IMG/VR virus record: IMGVR_UViG_3300048583_000157
Coordinates: 7,168-71,167 of that record
Length of the DNA stretch: 64,000 nucleotides
Strand: one strand, 5' to 3'
From: a virus
This document shows positions 35,293-44,031 of this stretch, in pieces. The notes under the pieces were generated by a model that had not been told where the DNA came from, made no database searches, and saw only the letters and a program-made list of their open reading frames with translations. Both the position numbers and the translations under genes were made by a program. Within the stretch, counting starts at the first letter, position 1. Every line of letters begins with the position of its first letter.

Positions 35293-35700
35293 TTAAGCTG
35301 CGGAATCCGCTGGTACAAGTACTACACCTGTCAGAGTGAAGTCTCTCACTTGCCCGTCGGCATCGACATTCGCGTAGCCGAGAGTTCTAAATGCTGTCTC
35401 AACACCATCTTCAATCAGCTGACTGAGAATGTTTCCCTTGGGCGTCTCAAGCACCCTTATATCGCCGACCAAATAGCCATCTTCGATTCGAAGATTATTG
35501 GCCAGGTGCGATACTTCGTGAAGAGGAATTCCAGTGTTGTCCTGGATGTAAGTGCCAGTGTTGGGGTACCCGATTGTTCCAAAGACGTGGCGTTGGTCGA
35601 TTTTGTCTAGTGCTTCTTGCACGGCCTCGGTTGAATAGATTCGACCGTTCCTGTTGGCCTCGTCTAGCTTCTGAATCTTTACCGCGAGTAGCTCTGTCAT
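35293..35700 (-). CDS. Prohead protease paralog, apparently catalytically inactive
   Basis: NRNGRIYS, VSH, LETPKG.IL..LIE.GV align with gp21, but GELNHP>GTIGYP, GVSSRG>AFRTLG and DIV>VLV. Confidence 0.75.
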   Translation of the reverse strand: MTELLAVKIQKLDEANRNGRIYSTEAVQEALDKIDQRHVFGTIGYPNTGTYIQDNTGIPLHEVSHLANNLRIEDGYLVGDIRVLETPKGNILSQLIEDGVETAFRTLGYANVDADGQVRDFTLTGVVLVPADSAA

Positions 35701-36986
35701 GATGTCACCGTCCTTTTGCTTCTATCGACGCTTACGCGTACCGATGTTTTCTCGTGAATGAAGTCGCATAGGTCTTTATCGCTCAGATCAGAAACAACAC
35801 CATCAAGACCATCGTGAAGGTGAAGACCTGTACCACCAACCGCGTCGTGAATCATGTAGCGAGCCTTGCGTTCCCAATCGAAGTACATGTGGAAAATCTT
35901 CTTCTGATTTTCGCGAGTAGGCAGACCCTTGAGCATGAAGATGCAGAGGTCTCGCTTAGCTGCCTTGAATTGCTTTGTGATGCTCGACAGACGAGCTCCA
36001 ACTTTCAGTAGCTCTGTAGGAGAAAGATGCGGACAGGCATCCAGTACAATGCGAACTGCCTCAGATCGTCCCGAACCATTCGTAAGCAGCGTAGGTGTCG
36101 CATTGCTGCCATTCGCCAGAGACATGATCAGATGCTTGACTACTGCAATGCTTTCGTTGTTCACTGGTAGCCGTAGAAGGTCTCTGCAAATCTCTTCACG
36201 GAAGTTCTGCTTGTCTCGATCAGCTCGTAGAAGGTCTGGGAACTTGAGCTCCATGCGAGATGGATTGTCAGCGTACTTGTCTTCAAGGTTCTTGACGAGG
36301 TACTGAACAAACGCATTCTCAATGTCAACAACCGTTCCGAATAGCTCTTGACGCAACCAGCCAGGCCATGTCTCGATTGACTTGATAGGCCACACGCTCT
36401 TGTCTCGAGCTTGCAGACTGCCGCTCGGCTCAAATAGGAACACAATCGGGTTTGGTTCGTTGATGAGCCATGTAACCGGTGGAATCAAATCTTCACGACC
36501 AGCTTCTTCGAGACGCTTGACCATGAGCTCAGTGCCACCATCATAGATGACGCTCACGTTACTCTCAGTGTATTTGACACCTGTGGGTGCTGCACCTGGA
36601 CTGAAGTGGACTTCGCCATTCAGATTGTCGATCGCCTTCTGCATCTTGGCGCCGAGTCGGCGAGGCACGATGATAGACGGAGACTTATTGCTTTCACCGA
36701 AGTTGAATCCTATCCGCTTCACATTGAAAAAATGCTCGAGGATTACTCGAGCATCCTTTACTTGGCTCGTAAGGCTTGTGATCAGGATTTCTTCTTCTAG
36801 GAACCCGGGGTTGTTCATGTTCTTTCGAACCAACCGGGACCAGGCGATAGCCATCGAGATGATCAAGCCTTGACGTTGCTTACGTTTACGCCACCACATG
36901 CCCTTGAGAGGGAAGAAGTGACCTACGTAGAGGGGATGAGTTCTGTCGAGATCGCGGTGAATGTCAACCGGATAAATCGACAGCAT
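35697..36986 (-). CDS. Divergent family-A polymerase-like protein
   Basis: VVDIENAFVQYL (motif A-like), VKHLIMSLANG (motif B-like), LHLHDGL (motif C-like), in the expected order. Confidence 0.5.
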   Translation of the reverse strand: MLSIYPVDIHRDLDRTHPLYVGHFFPLKGMWWRKRKQRQGLIISMAIAWSRLVRKNMNNPGFLEEEILITSLTSQVKDARVILEHFFNVKRIGFNFGESNKSPSIIVPRRLGAKMQKAIDNLNGEVHFSPGAAPTGVKYTESNVSVIYDGGTELMVKRLEEAGREDLIPPVTWLINEPNPIVFLFEPSGSLQARDKSVWPIKSIETWPGWLRQELFGTVVDIENAFVQYLVKNLEDKYADNPSRMELKFPDLLRADRDKQNFREEICRDLLRLPVNNESIAVVKHLIMSLANGSNATPTLLTNGSGRSEAVRIVLDACPHLSPTELLKVGARLSSITKQFKAAKRDLCIFMLKGLPTRENQKKIFHMYFDWERKARYMIHDAVGGTGLHLHDGLDGVVSDLSDKDLCDFIHEKTSVRVSVDRSKRTVTS

Positions 36987-36989
36987 AAC

Positions 36990-37187
36990 TTAGCCCGTGC
37001 CGGTCAGAACGTTCTGTAGGCCGTTGCGCTTGAGGCGCTTGTAGACACCCTTAGGACACATTGGGCTCAGCATGGTTGAGCCTGTGGTGCGGTTGGTACC
37101 GTAAACTGCCCACGGCTCCTGGAGGACTCCGCGAGTGATCATCTGCTTGACAACCATACGGTATGCCTTTGCTCTTTTAGCGTTCAT
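36990..37187 (-). CDS. Small basic hypothetical protein
   Basis: AAGGA SD; first gene after the early promoter at 37239-37268. Confidence 0.65.
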   Translation of the reverse strand: MNAKRAKAYRMVVKQMITRGVLQEPWAVYGTNRTTGSTMLSPMCPKGVYKRLKRNGLQNVLTGTG

Positions 37188-37238
37188 ATTTTTCCTTATT
37201 CAGCGGATTGGCATCGGATACGAGTCAGCACATACTAC

Positions 37239-37268
37239 ATTCTATCTTAAACCGCCTTGTCTGTAAAC
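37239..37268 (-). promoter_or_regulatory. Early (sigma70-type) promoter
   Basis: GTTTACA-17 nt-TAGAAT on the minus strand. Confidence 0.75.
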
Positions 37269-37801
37269 CACAAGTGCGGGAATTTCAGGAGCTCATCGAG
37301 ATAGAAAATGTCGATGCTTACTCCGTCCTGAATGATCGTCAGATTCGGCTTCGAATCGATTTGACCCGTCAGGCAACCAACGTAAATTGGCGTGTTGTTC
37401 CATTTGCAGATGAGCATTGGGATGCGATTGATTTTAACCGCGTCGGTGATTGCTTCCTGCATCCATTTGAAAACGTTTGCAGTGCCCGATACTAGACCAG
37501 TGAATCCGTCTGGCGTCTTGTAGAATTTGCACTCTACAGAATAGAGGAACGACTTGCCGACAGAACCTTCATTGGCTGGAACTACGTCACCAACAAAAAG
37601 CTTGAGAGCATCTTCGCCAAACATCTGGCCAATCGTCTCGAAATTCTTACCACCTACACGTGCACCAGAACCCTGGGTGCGAACAAACTTCAAAGGTGAT
37701 AGAGCTGCAGAGAGCTTCTTAGCGAGAACGTTTTCGAAACCGTTTCCCTTACCCTTGGAGTTAACGCGCTTCTTTTTCTTCTTTTCTTCTGGCTGATCCA
37801 C
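37247..37801 (-). CDS. Holliday junction resolvase, PD-(D/E)xK Hjc-like
   Basis: SKGKG..FE...A..L, F.RT.GSGA, GDVVP, VECKFY. Confidence 0.8.
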   Translation of the reverse strand: MDQPEEKKKKKRVNSKGKGNGFENVLAKKLSAALSPLKFVRTQGSGARVGGKNFETIGQMFGEDALKLFVGDVVPANEGSVGKSFLYSVECKFYKTPDGFTGLVSGTANVFKWMQEAITDAVKINRIPMLICKWNNTPIYVGCLTGQIDSKPNLTIIQDGVSIDIFYLDELLKFPHLWFTDKAV

Positions 37802-37826
37802 GATGAGTATCCTGATTGAGATGCTC

Positions 37827-37832
37827 TATTTA
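37827..37832 (-). promoter_or_regulatory. Late promoter (resolvase)
   Basis: TAAATA inside an inverted repeat that covers the SD. Confidence 0.7.
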
Positions 37833-37844
37833 ATCAGGCAGCGA

Positions 37845-38180
37845 TCAGGTTACTTCGGCAATGGACATGACCTTTGCATACCACAGACACTTTTGAACTT
37901 GGTCCATTCTATGAATCATCACGATGAGCTTGTGATCTTGCCATTCGCTTAATTGAATGGCAATCAAATCATGACAGATTTCTGCATAGAGCTGCTCTTC
38001 GAACTGAGTAGCATCAATTCGACGAGGACCGATTTTGAAGGTTGAGCCAATTTCTGGCGTAACGCCAGTCAGATCATCCGTACCGTAGAATGCAATTCGC
38101 GAAGGGTCTCCGTATGACCGCGCATTCATACGCTCTACGAGTTCATCTCGCTCACGTTTAGGAGACATCATCGTGCTCAT
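37845..38180 (-). CDS. Hypothetical protein
   Basis: ATGA-coupled to the gp46 stop. Confidence 0.6.
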   Translation of the reverse strand: MSTMMSPKRERDELVERMNARSYGDPSRIAFYGTDDLTGVTPEIGSTFKIGPRRIDATQFEEQLYAEICHDLIAIQLSEWQDHKLIVMIHRMDQVQKCLWYAKVMSIAEVT

Positions 38181-39934
38181 GCTGCCTCCAAATCTTCTTC
38201 TTGCTCGATGATGCGACTGAATCCGTTTTCCTTTCGTACTGTAACAGTGCGATCGAAACGACCAACAGCTTCTGGTCGATGTGAGATAATCCAGAGGGCA
38301 AGGCCATCGTCGCGAGACTTCTGCTTAAGCATTCGGAATACGTTCTCAACACCAGAGCCGTCAAGCGATGCATCGATCTCGTCAATGAACAGGCAGTTAA
38401 CGCGAGAGTGCAGATGGTGCAGGACATCTCGGAATGCAAGTGAGAGAGAAAGATTAACACGCTTCTTCTCACCGCTTGAGAGGTTACCGAAGTCCAGCTC
38501 TCGACCATACTCTGAAACTGTGCAGCTCATGTCATCATCGAATTTAACGACATGCGGAAGACCAAGATCCTTCGTGTAGACACCGAGACGGTTGTTGAGG
38601 AATGGAATCGTGCGGTTGATGATCTTACGGCGGATGAATGAGTTCTTGTCAGTGAGAAGCTTAAGCAAGAAGTACTGGTGTTCCAGGTCCTTCTTGAGAT
38701 TGTCCAGCTCTTCGTACGACGCAACCTTAACGCCTGAGGTCTTAAGCTGCTCGAGAGCTTCAGTATGAGGATTCTCTGCTTCGATGAGGTCATCGATTTT
38801 CTGCTGCGCTGTTGCCGCAGTCTGCTCTGCACGAATCGCAGCTTCTAGGCTGCTAAACTTCATGCTCGCCTTTGCTTCATTGACCGCCATCTGCATCTGC
38901 ACAATCTCAGACTCAACCTCGGTCAGCGTGCCTTCGATGCTGTCGAGTGTCGTCTGCTTCTTGTCGAGTAGCGTCTGCTTTTCTGCTAGCTTGTCGCCTG
39001 CACCACCGTATTGCTGCATGCAGTACGGGCACTTCTCGTCGAGCAGATGAGACAGTTCACTAGACAACTTCTTGATGTCAGTGACAAGGGTCGAACGATC
39101 TCGCTTGGCGAGAGTGAACTTGTTGTTGAGCGGCGATAGAAGCTTTTCAACTTCAGCAACCATGCTGTGAAGTTCTTTTTCAGCAACCATGTCAACCTTG
39201 CTGAGTAGCTCAAGGTTCTGTGTGAGAGATTCTACCTGCGCAATGCGGTCATCTTCCCACTTGTTGACTCGGTTTTCTGCTGCAATGAGCTGACGATCAT
39301 ACAGCGCAAGCTGTGCTTCCTGCTCTCGAATGATTGCTTCTTGGACTGAGACAGAACCTTCTGTCGTCTTGATGATTTCCTTCAGACGAATAGCTTTCTC
39401 GGTGAGCAACGTGATGTTGAAGAGCTCTTCGATCTGCTGTCGCTGCTGAGCAACTGGCATCTGTAGGAATGGAACAGAATTGCCAGAGAAGATGATGATC
39501 TTCGTGAACAGTTCGTAAGACATGCCGATCAAGTCCTGAATGAACTTGTCGTTCTCAGAGACCGAGTCGAGCGTGATGTCTTCGTCATTCATCATGATCT
39601 GGATATTGAACGACTCACCGCGACAACGGTAGATTTCGTACTGATCGTTACCCTTCTCGAAGAAGAGACGCGTCTCCATCAATGTGCTCTTCAGATTGTT
39701 CGTGCCGTTGATTAGGCGCTGAAGAGAGATGTTGTCGAATGGCTTGTTGTAGAGCGCGTAGCACAGAGCATTGATGATCGTCGTCTTGCCCGCGCCATTG
39801 TTAGAGTTGGCATCGACGTTCTCACCGATGATCAGTGTCGACCCAATGTCACGAAGATCGATCGTAGTCGTGTTGTTGCCGAAGCTCAGAAAGTTTCTGA
39901 TCTGCAGCTCTTTGAATACAATGGGAGAACTCAT
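38177..39934 (-). CDS. gp46: Recombination endonuclease ATPase subunit (Rad50/SbcC-like)
   Basis: NFLSFGN, NGAGKTT, zinc hook CPYC, LSSGEK, FIDE, ISH. Confidence 0.95.
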   Translation of the reverse strand: MSSPIVFKELQIRNFLSFGNNTTTIDLRDIGSTLIIGENVDANSNNGAGKTTIINALCYALYNKPFDNISLQRLINGTNNLKSTLMETRLFFEKGNDQYEIYRCRGESFNIQIMMNDEDITLDSVSENDKFIQDLIGMSYELFTKIIIFSGNSVPFLQMPVAQQRQQIEELFNITLLTEKAIRLKEIIKTTEGSVSVQEAIIREQEAQLALYDRQLIAAENRVNKWEDDRIAQVESLTQNLELLSKVDMVAEKELHSMVAEVEKLLSPLNNKFTLAKRDRSTLVTDIKKLSSELSHLLDEKCPYCMQQYGGAGDKLAEKQTLLDKKQTTLDSIEGTLTEVESEIVQMQMAVNEAKASMKFSSLEAAIRAEQTAATAQQKIDDLIEAENPHTEALEQLKTSGVKVASYEELDNLKKDLEHQYFLLKLLTDKNSFIRRKIINRTIPFLNNRLGVYTKDLGLPHVVKFDDDMSCTVSEYGRELDFGNLSSGEKKRVNLSLSLAFRDVLHHLHSRVNCLFIDEIDASLDGSGVENVFRMLKQKSRDDGLALWIISHRPEAVGRFDRTVTVRKENGFSRIIEQEEDLEAA

Positions 39935-40155
39935 TACGCCTCGCTATCGTCTGAAGAAACGATTGTCACGTTGGTGCTGGAATCCATCATGACAATTTTG
40001 TTGTCTGGGAAGATGTCCTTAAGACGCGCCATCATTAAGTCAGTGTGACGTTTGAGCATCGTGGGTGCCATATCGTTGAAAGGCGCCCTCACGAAAATGA
40101 CATCGTTCTTCTTGACGTTGACTGTCTGGACTGAAGTGATTTCTGGGATGTTCAT
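39934..40155 (-). CDS. Hypothetical protein
   Basis: AGGAG SD; lies between gp47 and gp46. Confidence 0.65.
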   Translation of the reverse strand: MNIPEITSVQTVNVKKNDVIFVRAPFNDMAPTMLKRHTDLMMARLKDIFPDNKIVMMDSSTNVTIVSSDDSEA

Positions 40156-40164
40156 GTGATCTCC

Positions 40165-41223
40165 TTAGAGTCTCTGATAGACTTCGATGAGTCTAGTCGG
40201 ATCGATCGTTGATGTTCCGGTGATGCCGGCTTCCAGCATCTTGATGACAGCGTCATTCAGCGAGCTGAGGTCGAAGTCGCCGAGTAGCTCTTCACCTGCA
40301 ATTGCTTCCTTCTTCTCTAGCAGATTTTCTTCAAGAGAGAACTCTCGCAGCCCCAGGTTCTTGGTGAACTCTTCGCGAATAGACTGCGCGTCTGAATATC
40401 CAATCTCCATGTCAATGATGCAGCGAACGCGACACTTAGGCGGGAAATGCGGAGGAGATTCACCGAGGACATCAGACAGCTTAACCTTGCGGTACTTTGG
40501 ACAGTCCAACCAATCGATGAAGTCAACGTTGTCGTTGCTCGTATCCAGGATAGCCATACCACGTGCATCGTCCCATGCATCACCGTAATCCATTGGGAAG
40601 GTGTTGCCGATGTAAATGACGTTGTCGTTGGCTTGACGCTTGTGGAAGTGACCTGAGAAGATGTACTTGACATCCTTGAACTGCGTGTGATCTGGCCCGT
40701 GTTCCATTCTGCGATCAGAACCAGTGATAACGAAGTTCCTGAACTCGAAGTGACCAAGCCAATACGGAACGTTCATGTACTCCGCGAGGTCTTTGTACTC
40801 ATGCTTGAACAGGAATGGTGCAATGAGAATGTCTTCTACGAGCATGCACTCGCTAACCATCTTCACATTGGCGAATTCATCAAACACCTTAGTCGAGAAG
40901 ACCTTGCGGTTTTCACGGTGATAGAGGTCATGGTTGCCAATGATGATGTAGACGGGAAGACCCAGCGCATTCAGAAGCTTGAGTGCTTCATGTGCGAAGT
41001 TCATGGTCATGACGTTCACAGCATTTCGGTTTTCGAACCAGTCACCGAGGAATGCTACGTGCGTGATGTCGCCGGCAGCTCGCACCTGATCGCAGAACCA
41101 CTTTACGAAGTCGAGGCAGTCCTGGTTATGCTGAATGGAGTTGCTCTTCTTGCCGAAGTGAATGTCCGTGAACATCGCAACCTTCTTGCGCGGGAACACC
41201 GCCTTCTTAAGTTTGGCGGCCAT
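40165..41223 (-). CDS. gp47: Recombination endonuclease subunit (Mre11/SbcD-like)
   Basis: TDIHFG, LGDWF, GNHD, GHFE, SGHFH. Confidence 0.95.
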   Translation of the reverse strand: MAAKLKKAVFPRKKVAMFTDIHFGKKSNSIQHNQDCLDFVKWFCDQVRAAGDITHVAFLGDWFENRNAVNVMTMNFAHEALKLLNALGLPVYIIIGNHDLYHRENRKVFSTKVFDEFANVKMVSECMLVEDILIAPFLFKHEYKDLAEYMNVPYWLGHFEFRNFVITGSDRRMEHGPDHTQFKDVKYIFSGHFHKRQANDNVIYIGNTFPMDYGDAWDDARGMAILDTSNDNVDFIDWLDCPKYRKVKLSDVLGESPPHFPPKCRVRCIIDMEIGYSDAQSIREEFTKNLGLREFSLEENLLEKKEAIAGEELLGDFDLSSLNDAVIKMLEAGITGTSTIDPTRLIEVYQRL

Positions 41224-41225
41224 GA

Positions 41226-42053
41226 TTAGGACGCCTTCTTAGAAGCTTTCTTGGTGGCTACCTTCGCTGGCTTTTCCTTCTTAACAGCAGGAGCCTTAGC
41301 AGCCTTCTTTACCTTTTCAACCTTAGGCGGAATGGATGCAGAAGGATCGACCTTCTTAGGTGGTCGGCCACGGCCTGGCTTCTTGACAACGCGTGGGGCG
41401 GGTGGCTTAGCAACAACCATCGTCGGCACTGCGTCTTCATTGATGACGATCGCGCCCGTAACTGGGTCAACCGAAATGTCTGACGGCTTGTAGACCTTGA
41501 TGTCTGACGGCATGCGCGACTTACCACGCAGCGACATCTGACCCTGCGGCCTGTTGGCAGCAATAGCGTCGAGCAGTTCAATGCCAGTCGGTGCCGTTTC
41601 GATCTCAGGCACACCAATAACTGCGCCCGTGTCATCGCGCATAGCAAAGTCGTGCTCGTCCTTATCTCGCTCAGCATAACCAAAGGAGGGGTTAGCACCA
41701 CCATCCACAAGCAGGGCATCACGAATGCTGCGATGCTTCTTCTCATCTGCCATGTATTGCAGGAAGGAGTGATAGATCGCAGTTGTGTAGAACGAGAACG
41801 GATTGCTCGACTTCTCTGGGTTAAACTTCAGCGCGTTGTTGCACAGGTTCATGACGGCTGCTGCCACCATGTCTTCTCTGTAAGAGTACCCGACAAAGTT
41901 GTGCTTGTGCGAGTAGCGTTCAGCAATTTTCCAGATCATTGCGATCAGCTCGTTTGAGACTTTTCCGGCGGCCTTAGCAGCAAGAACCGCAGGAAGGAGC
42001 TGACCGTTTGTAACGTAGTGACCCTTGGTGCTGGTCGACTTCTCTCTCTTCAT
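41226..42053 (-). CDS. gp55: Late transcription sigma factor with basic C-terminal tail
   Basis: HYVTN..L, IAE.YS...NF.GYSYREDM, FNPEKSSNPFSFYT...FL....EKK. Start moved to ATG 42053 (TTG 42059 is an alternative); adjacent to gp47 as in T4. Confidence 0.92.
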   Translation of the reverse strand: MKREKSTSTKGHYVTNGQLLPAVLAAKAAGKVSNELIAMIWKIAERYSHKHNFVGYSYREDMVAAAVMNLCNNALKFNPEKSSNPFSFYTTAIYHSFLQYMADEKKHRSIRDALLVDGGANPSFGYAERDKDEHDFAMRDDTGAVIGVPEIETAPTGIELLDAIAANRPQGQMSLRGKSRMPSDIKVYKPSDISVDPVTGAIVINEDAVPTMVVAKPPAPRVVKKPGRGRPPKKVDPSASIPPKVEKVKKAAKAPAVKKEKPAKVATKKASKKAS

Positions 42054-42100
42054 TTTCAAACTATTTTCTCCTATCACGTAACACGCTTCGGAGATAGTTA

Positions 42101-42130
42101 ATTCTATCTCAATTTGCGCTACAAGTAAAC
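42101..42130 (-). promoter_or_regulatory. Early (sigma70-type) promoter of the gp55-gp47-gp46 operon
   Basis: GTTTACT-17 nt-TAGAAT on the minus strand. Confidence 0.8.
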
Positions 42131-42171
42131 TGATGCACCACCGAGGTGCTTTCCTGGACATGTCCTGATCA

Positions 42172-42178
42172 ATAAATA
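42172..42178 (+). promoter_or_regulatory. Late promoter (baseplate operon)
   Basis: Intergenic ATAAATA. Confidence 0.8.
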
Positions 42179-42207
42179 CCCTGCACATGCACCCTTCAGG
42201 ATACGCC

Positions 42208-42918
42208 ATGAACGAGACCCAACACCAGCTAGAAATGAATGCTCTTTTTGAAGACCTGGCGCCAATGGCGAACAAGAAGGTTGCTGTTGTCATCGGCCGT
42301 TTTAACCCGCCGACGAAAGGGCATTACGCGGTCATTGATACCGTGAAGAAATTCATCCGCCAGAACAAGAAGCTGGGACTCGAAGCTGCTCCTGCAGTTG
42401 TTATCATCGGCGGTTCTAAGTCTGATTCAGACAAAAAGAAGAACCCGCTGAGTGCAGAAGAGCGCGAACTATTTATGAAGGCCTCCGGCAACGCCAATGG
42501 CGCAAACTTCTTTATCGCTCCAAACGCCTTTGCTGCATTCGGCATGCTGCGGGATAAAGGATTTGAGCCTGTTGCCATTGCTGCCGGCACCGACCGAATT
42601 CAGGACTACAAGAAGATTCTCGACAAGTACTTCCTGACGCCAGACGAAAAGCCAATTGAGCATCACGCCATCCACCTGGAGCGCGACGAAGATGCAATCG
42701 AAAAAGACAAGGACGTAAAATCTGCAGCCATGGATGCGGCGCTGAAGTCTGCACGCGATGGTGAGAGCATTGAGACCGATCTGGTCTCCGGTTCTCTGGC
42801 CCGCAGGGCAGTTGAACTTGGATACGAACCAGAATTTGCTCAGATCGTTGGTCTAGAAAGTAAGCCTGCGCTAGCAAAGAAGATGTTCGATAAGATTGCG
42901 AAAGCAATTCAGGGGTAA
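42208..42918 (+). CDS. Cytidylyltransferase-like (HIGH-superfamily) nucleotidyltransferase
   Basis: GRFNPPTKGH, KNPL...R, AGTDR, VSGS.AR; start moved to ATG 42208 (AGGA SD), late promoter at 42172. Confidence 0.8.
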   Translation: MNETQHQLEMNALFEDLAPMANKKVAVVIGRFNPPTKGHYAVIDTVKKFIRQNKKLGLEAAPAVVIIGGSKSDSDKKKNPLSAEERELFMKASGNANGANFFIAPNAFAAFGMLRDKGFEPVAIAAGTDRIQDYKKILDKYFLTPDEKPIEHHAIHLERDEDAIEKDKDVKSAAMDAALKSARDGESIETDLVSGSLARRAVELGYEPEFAQIVGLESKPALAKKMFDKIAKAIQG

Positions 42919-42924
42919 TGTTCC

Positions 42925-44028
42925 GTGATCGGTAAAAATCTAATCCCGAAGTTTAACGCTTCTTCAGCCACGAAGCAGCTTAGTGGACTGACGGGACAGG
43001 GCGTCCAGCAATCTGTCACAGATTACTCGAAGGCCGCCACTTCAAAATTGCAGGGAGAGCTCGCATCAAAGCTGAGCTCCTCTAAGATGGCCGCAAACTT
43101 CTCAAAGCTTTCATCGGGCATTGATCTTGTTAAGGCCAACAAGAAGATCATCGCCTCGGTATCTGGCACTGGACAATTCATTGGCGACGTGGAAGACCTG
43201 CCAGAAAACAATGTCCCAGCAGAAACATTGGCCGCTGGTGCGAGTGGTGGAGCAACTGATCAATTCAAGGTCACGCTCACCGCATCTCCAGCTCTAGGCG
43301 ATGGCAACGATGTGATCGTGTTTGATGTCATGCCAACTGTTTCAGAACAGCACAGCGCGTCGTACGATACGGTCGACATTGTTCATCACCCCGGCGGCAT
43401 CCTAAAGTACAAGGGCACTAATGCTCGGTCTTGGGACATCACTGCTGACCTCGTATCCAGAACAGTTCAGGAAGCTGACAAGAATCTGAAGTACATGAAC
43501 ATCATTCGTTCATGGGTCATGCCATTCTACGGTCAAGGCACTGCTGATAATCCAACTACTGCTGACAAGCTTGGTGCACCACCACAGGTACTTACGCTGT
43601 CGGCATACGGACCAAAAATGATTGGGCCGGTAACGTGCGTGCTTGATAGCTTCAGCTGGATTTTCGAAAATGAAATGGACTACATCAGAACATCCGATGG
43701 TACTCCATTCCCGGTCCACGTAAAGGTATCCATGAATCTCAAAGAGACGTGGGCTCCTTCTCAGTTCACGAGTTTTGATCTCATGTCATATCGTTCGGGT
43801 GATATGGGCGCAGCATTTGCTGGACCCGCCTCGGGGGCCACTACGCCGCCGGCGATAAGCACAGTTCCGGCCAGTGCACTTGATCCTTCTAATTTCCCAG
43901 CGGTCGATTCTAGTCTTGCTGGTTTCCAATCTCAGGGATTCAATCAAGCCATTTCTGGCAGTGGTTTGAGAAATATACCAGGTTCTAGTTTTGATCCTTC
44001 TAGCCTTGGCCCTTTTGGTGGAGGATAA
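42925..44028 (+). CDS. Baseplate tube-cap / tube-initiator-like protein (gp48/gp54-like)
   Basis: P.VSE.HSA.Y, GAPP.VL.LSAYG, VLDSFSW.F, D...T..G..FP; first gene of the baseplate cassette. Confidence 0.6.
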   Translation: MIGKNLIPKFNASSATKQLSGLTGQGVQQSVTDYSKAATSKLQGELASKLSSSKMAANFSKLSSGIDLVKANKKIIASVSGTGQFIGDVEDLPENNVPAETLAAGASGGATDQFKVTLTASPALGDGNDVIVFDVMPTVSEQHSASYDTVDIVHHPGGILKYKGTNARSWDITADLVSRTVQEADKNLKYMNIIRSWVMPFYGQGTADNPTTADKLGAPPQVLTLSAYGPKMIGPVTCVLDSFSWIFENEMDYIRTSDGTPFPVHVKVSMNLKETWAPSQFTSFDLMSYRSGDMGAAFAGPASGATTPPAISTVPASALDPSNFPAVDSSLAGFQSQGFNQAISGSGLRNIPGSSFDPSSLGPFGGG

Positions 44029-44031
44029 TTC

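Noticed and set aside
42060-42293. 80-aa N-terminal extension of gp55 in the ORF track
   Set aside because: It overlaps both promoters and the opposite-strand gene; the SD and homology begin at 42059/42053.
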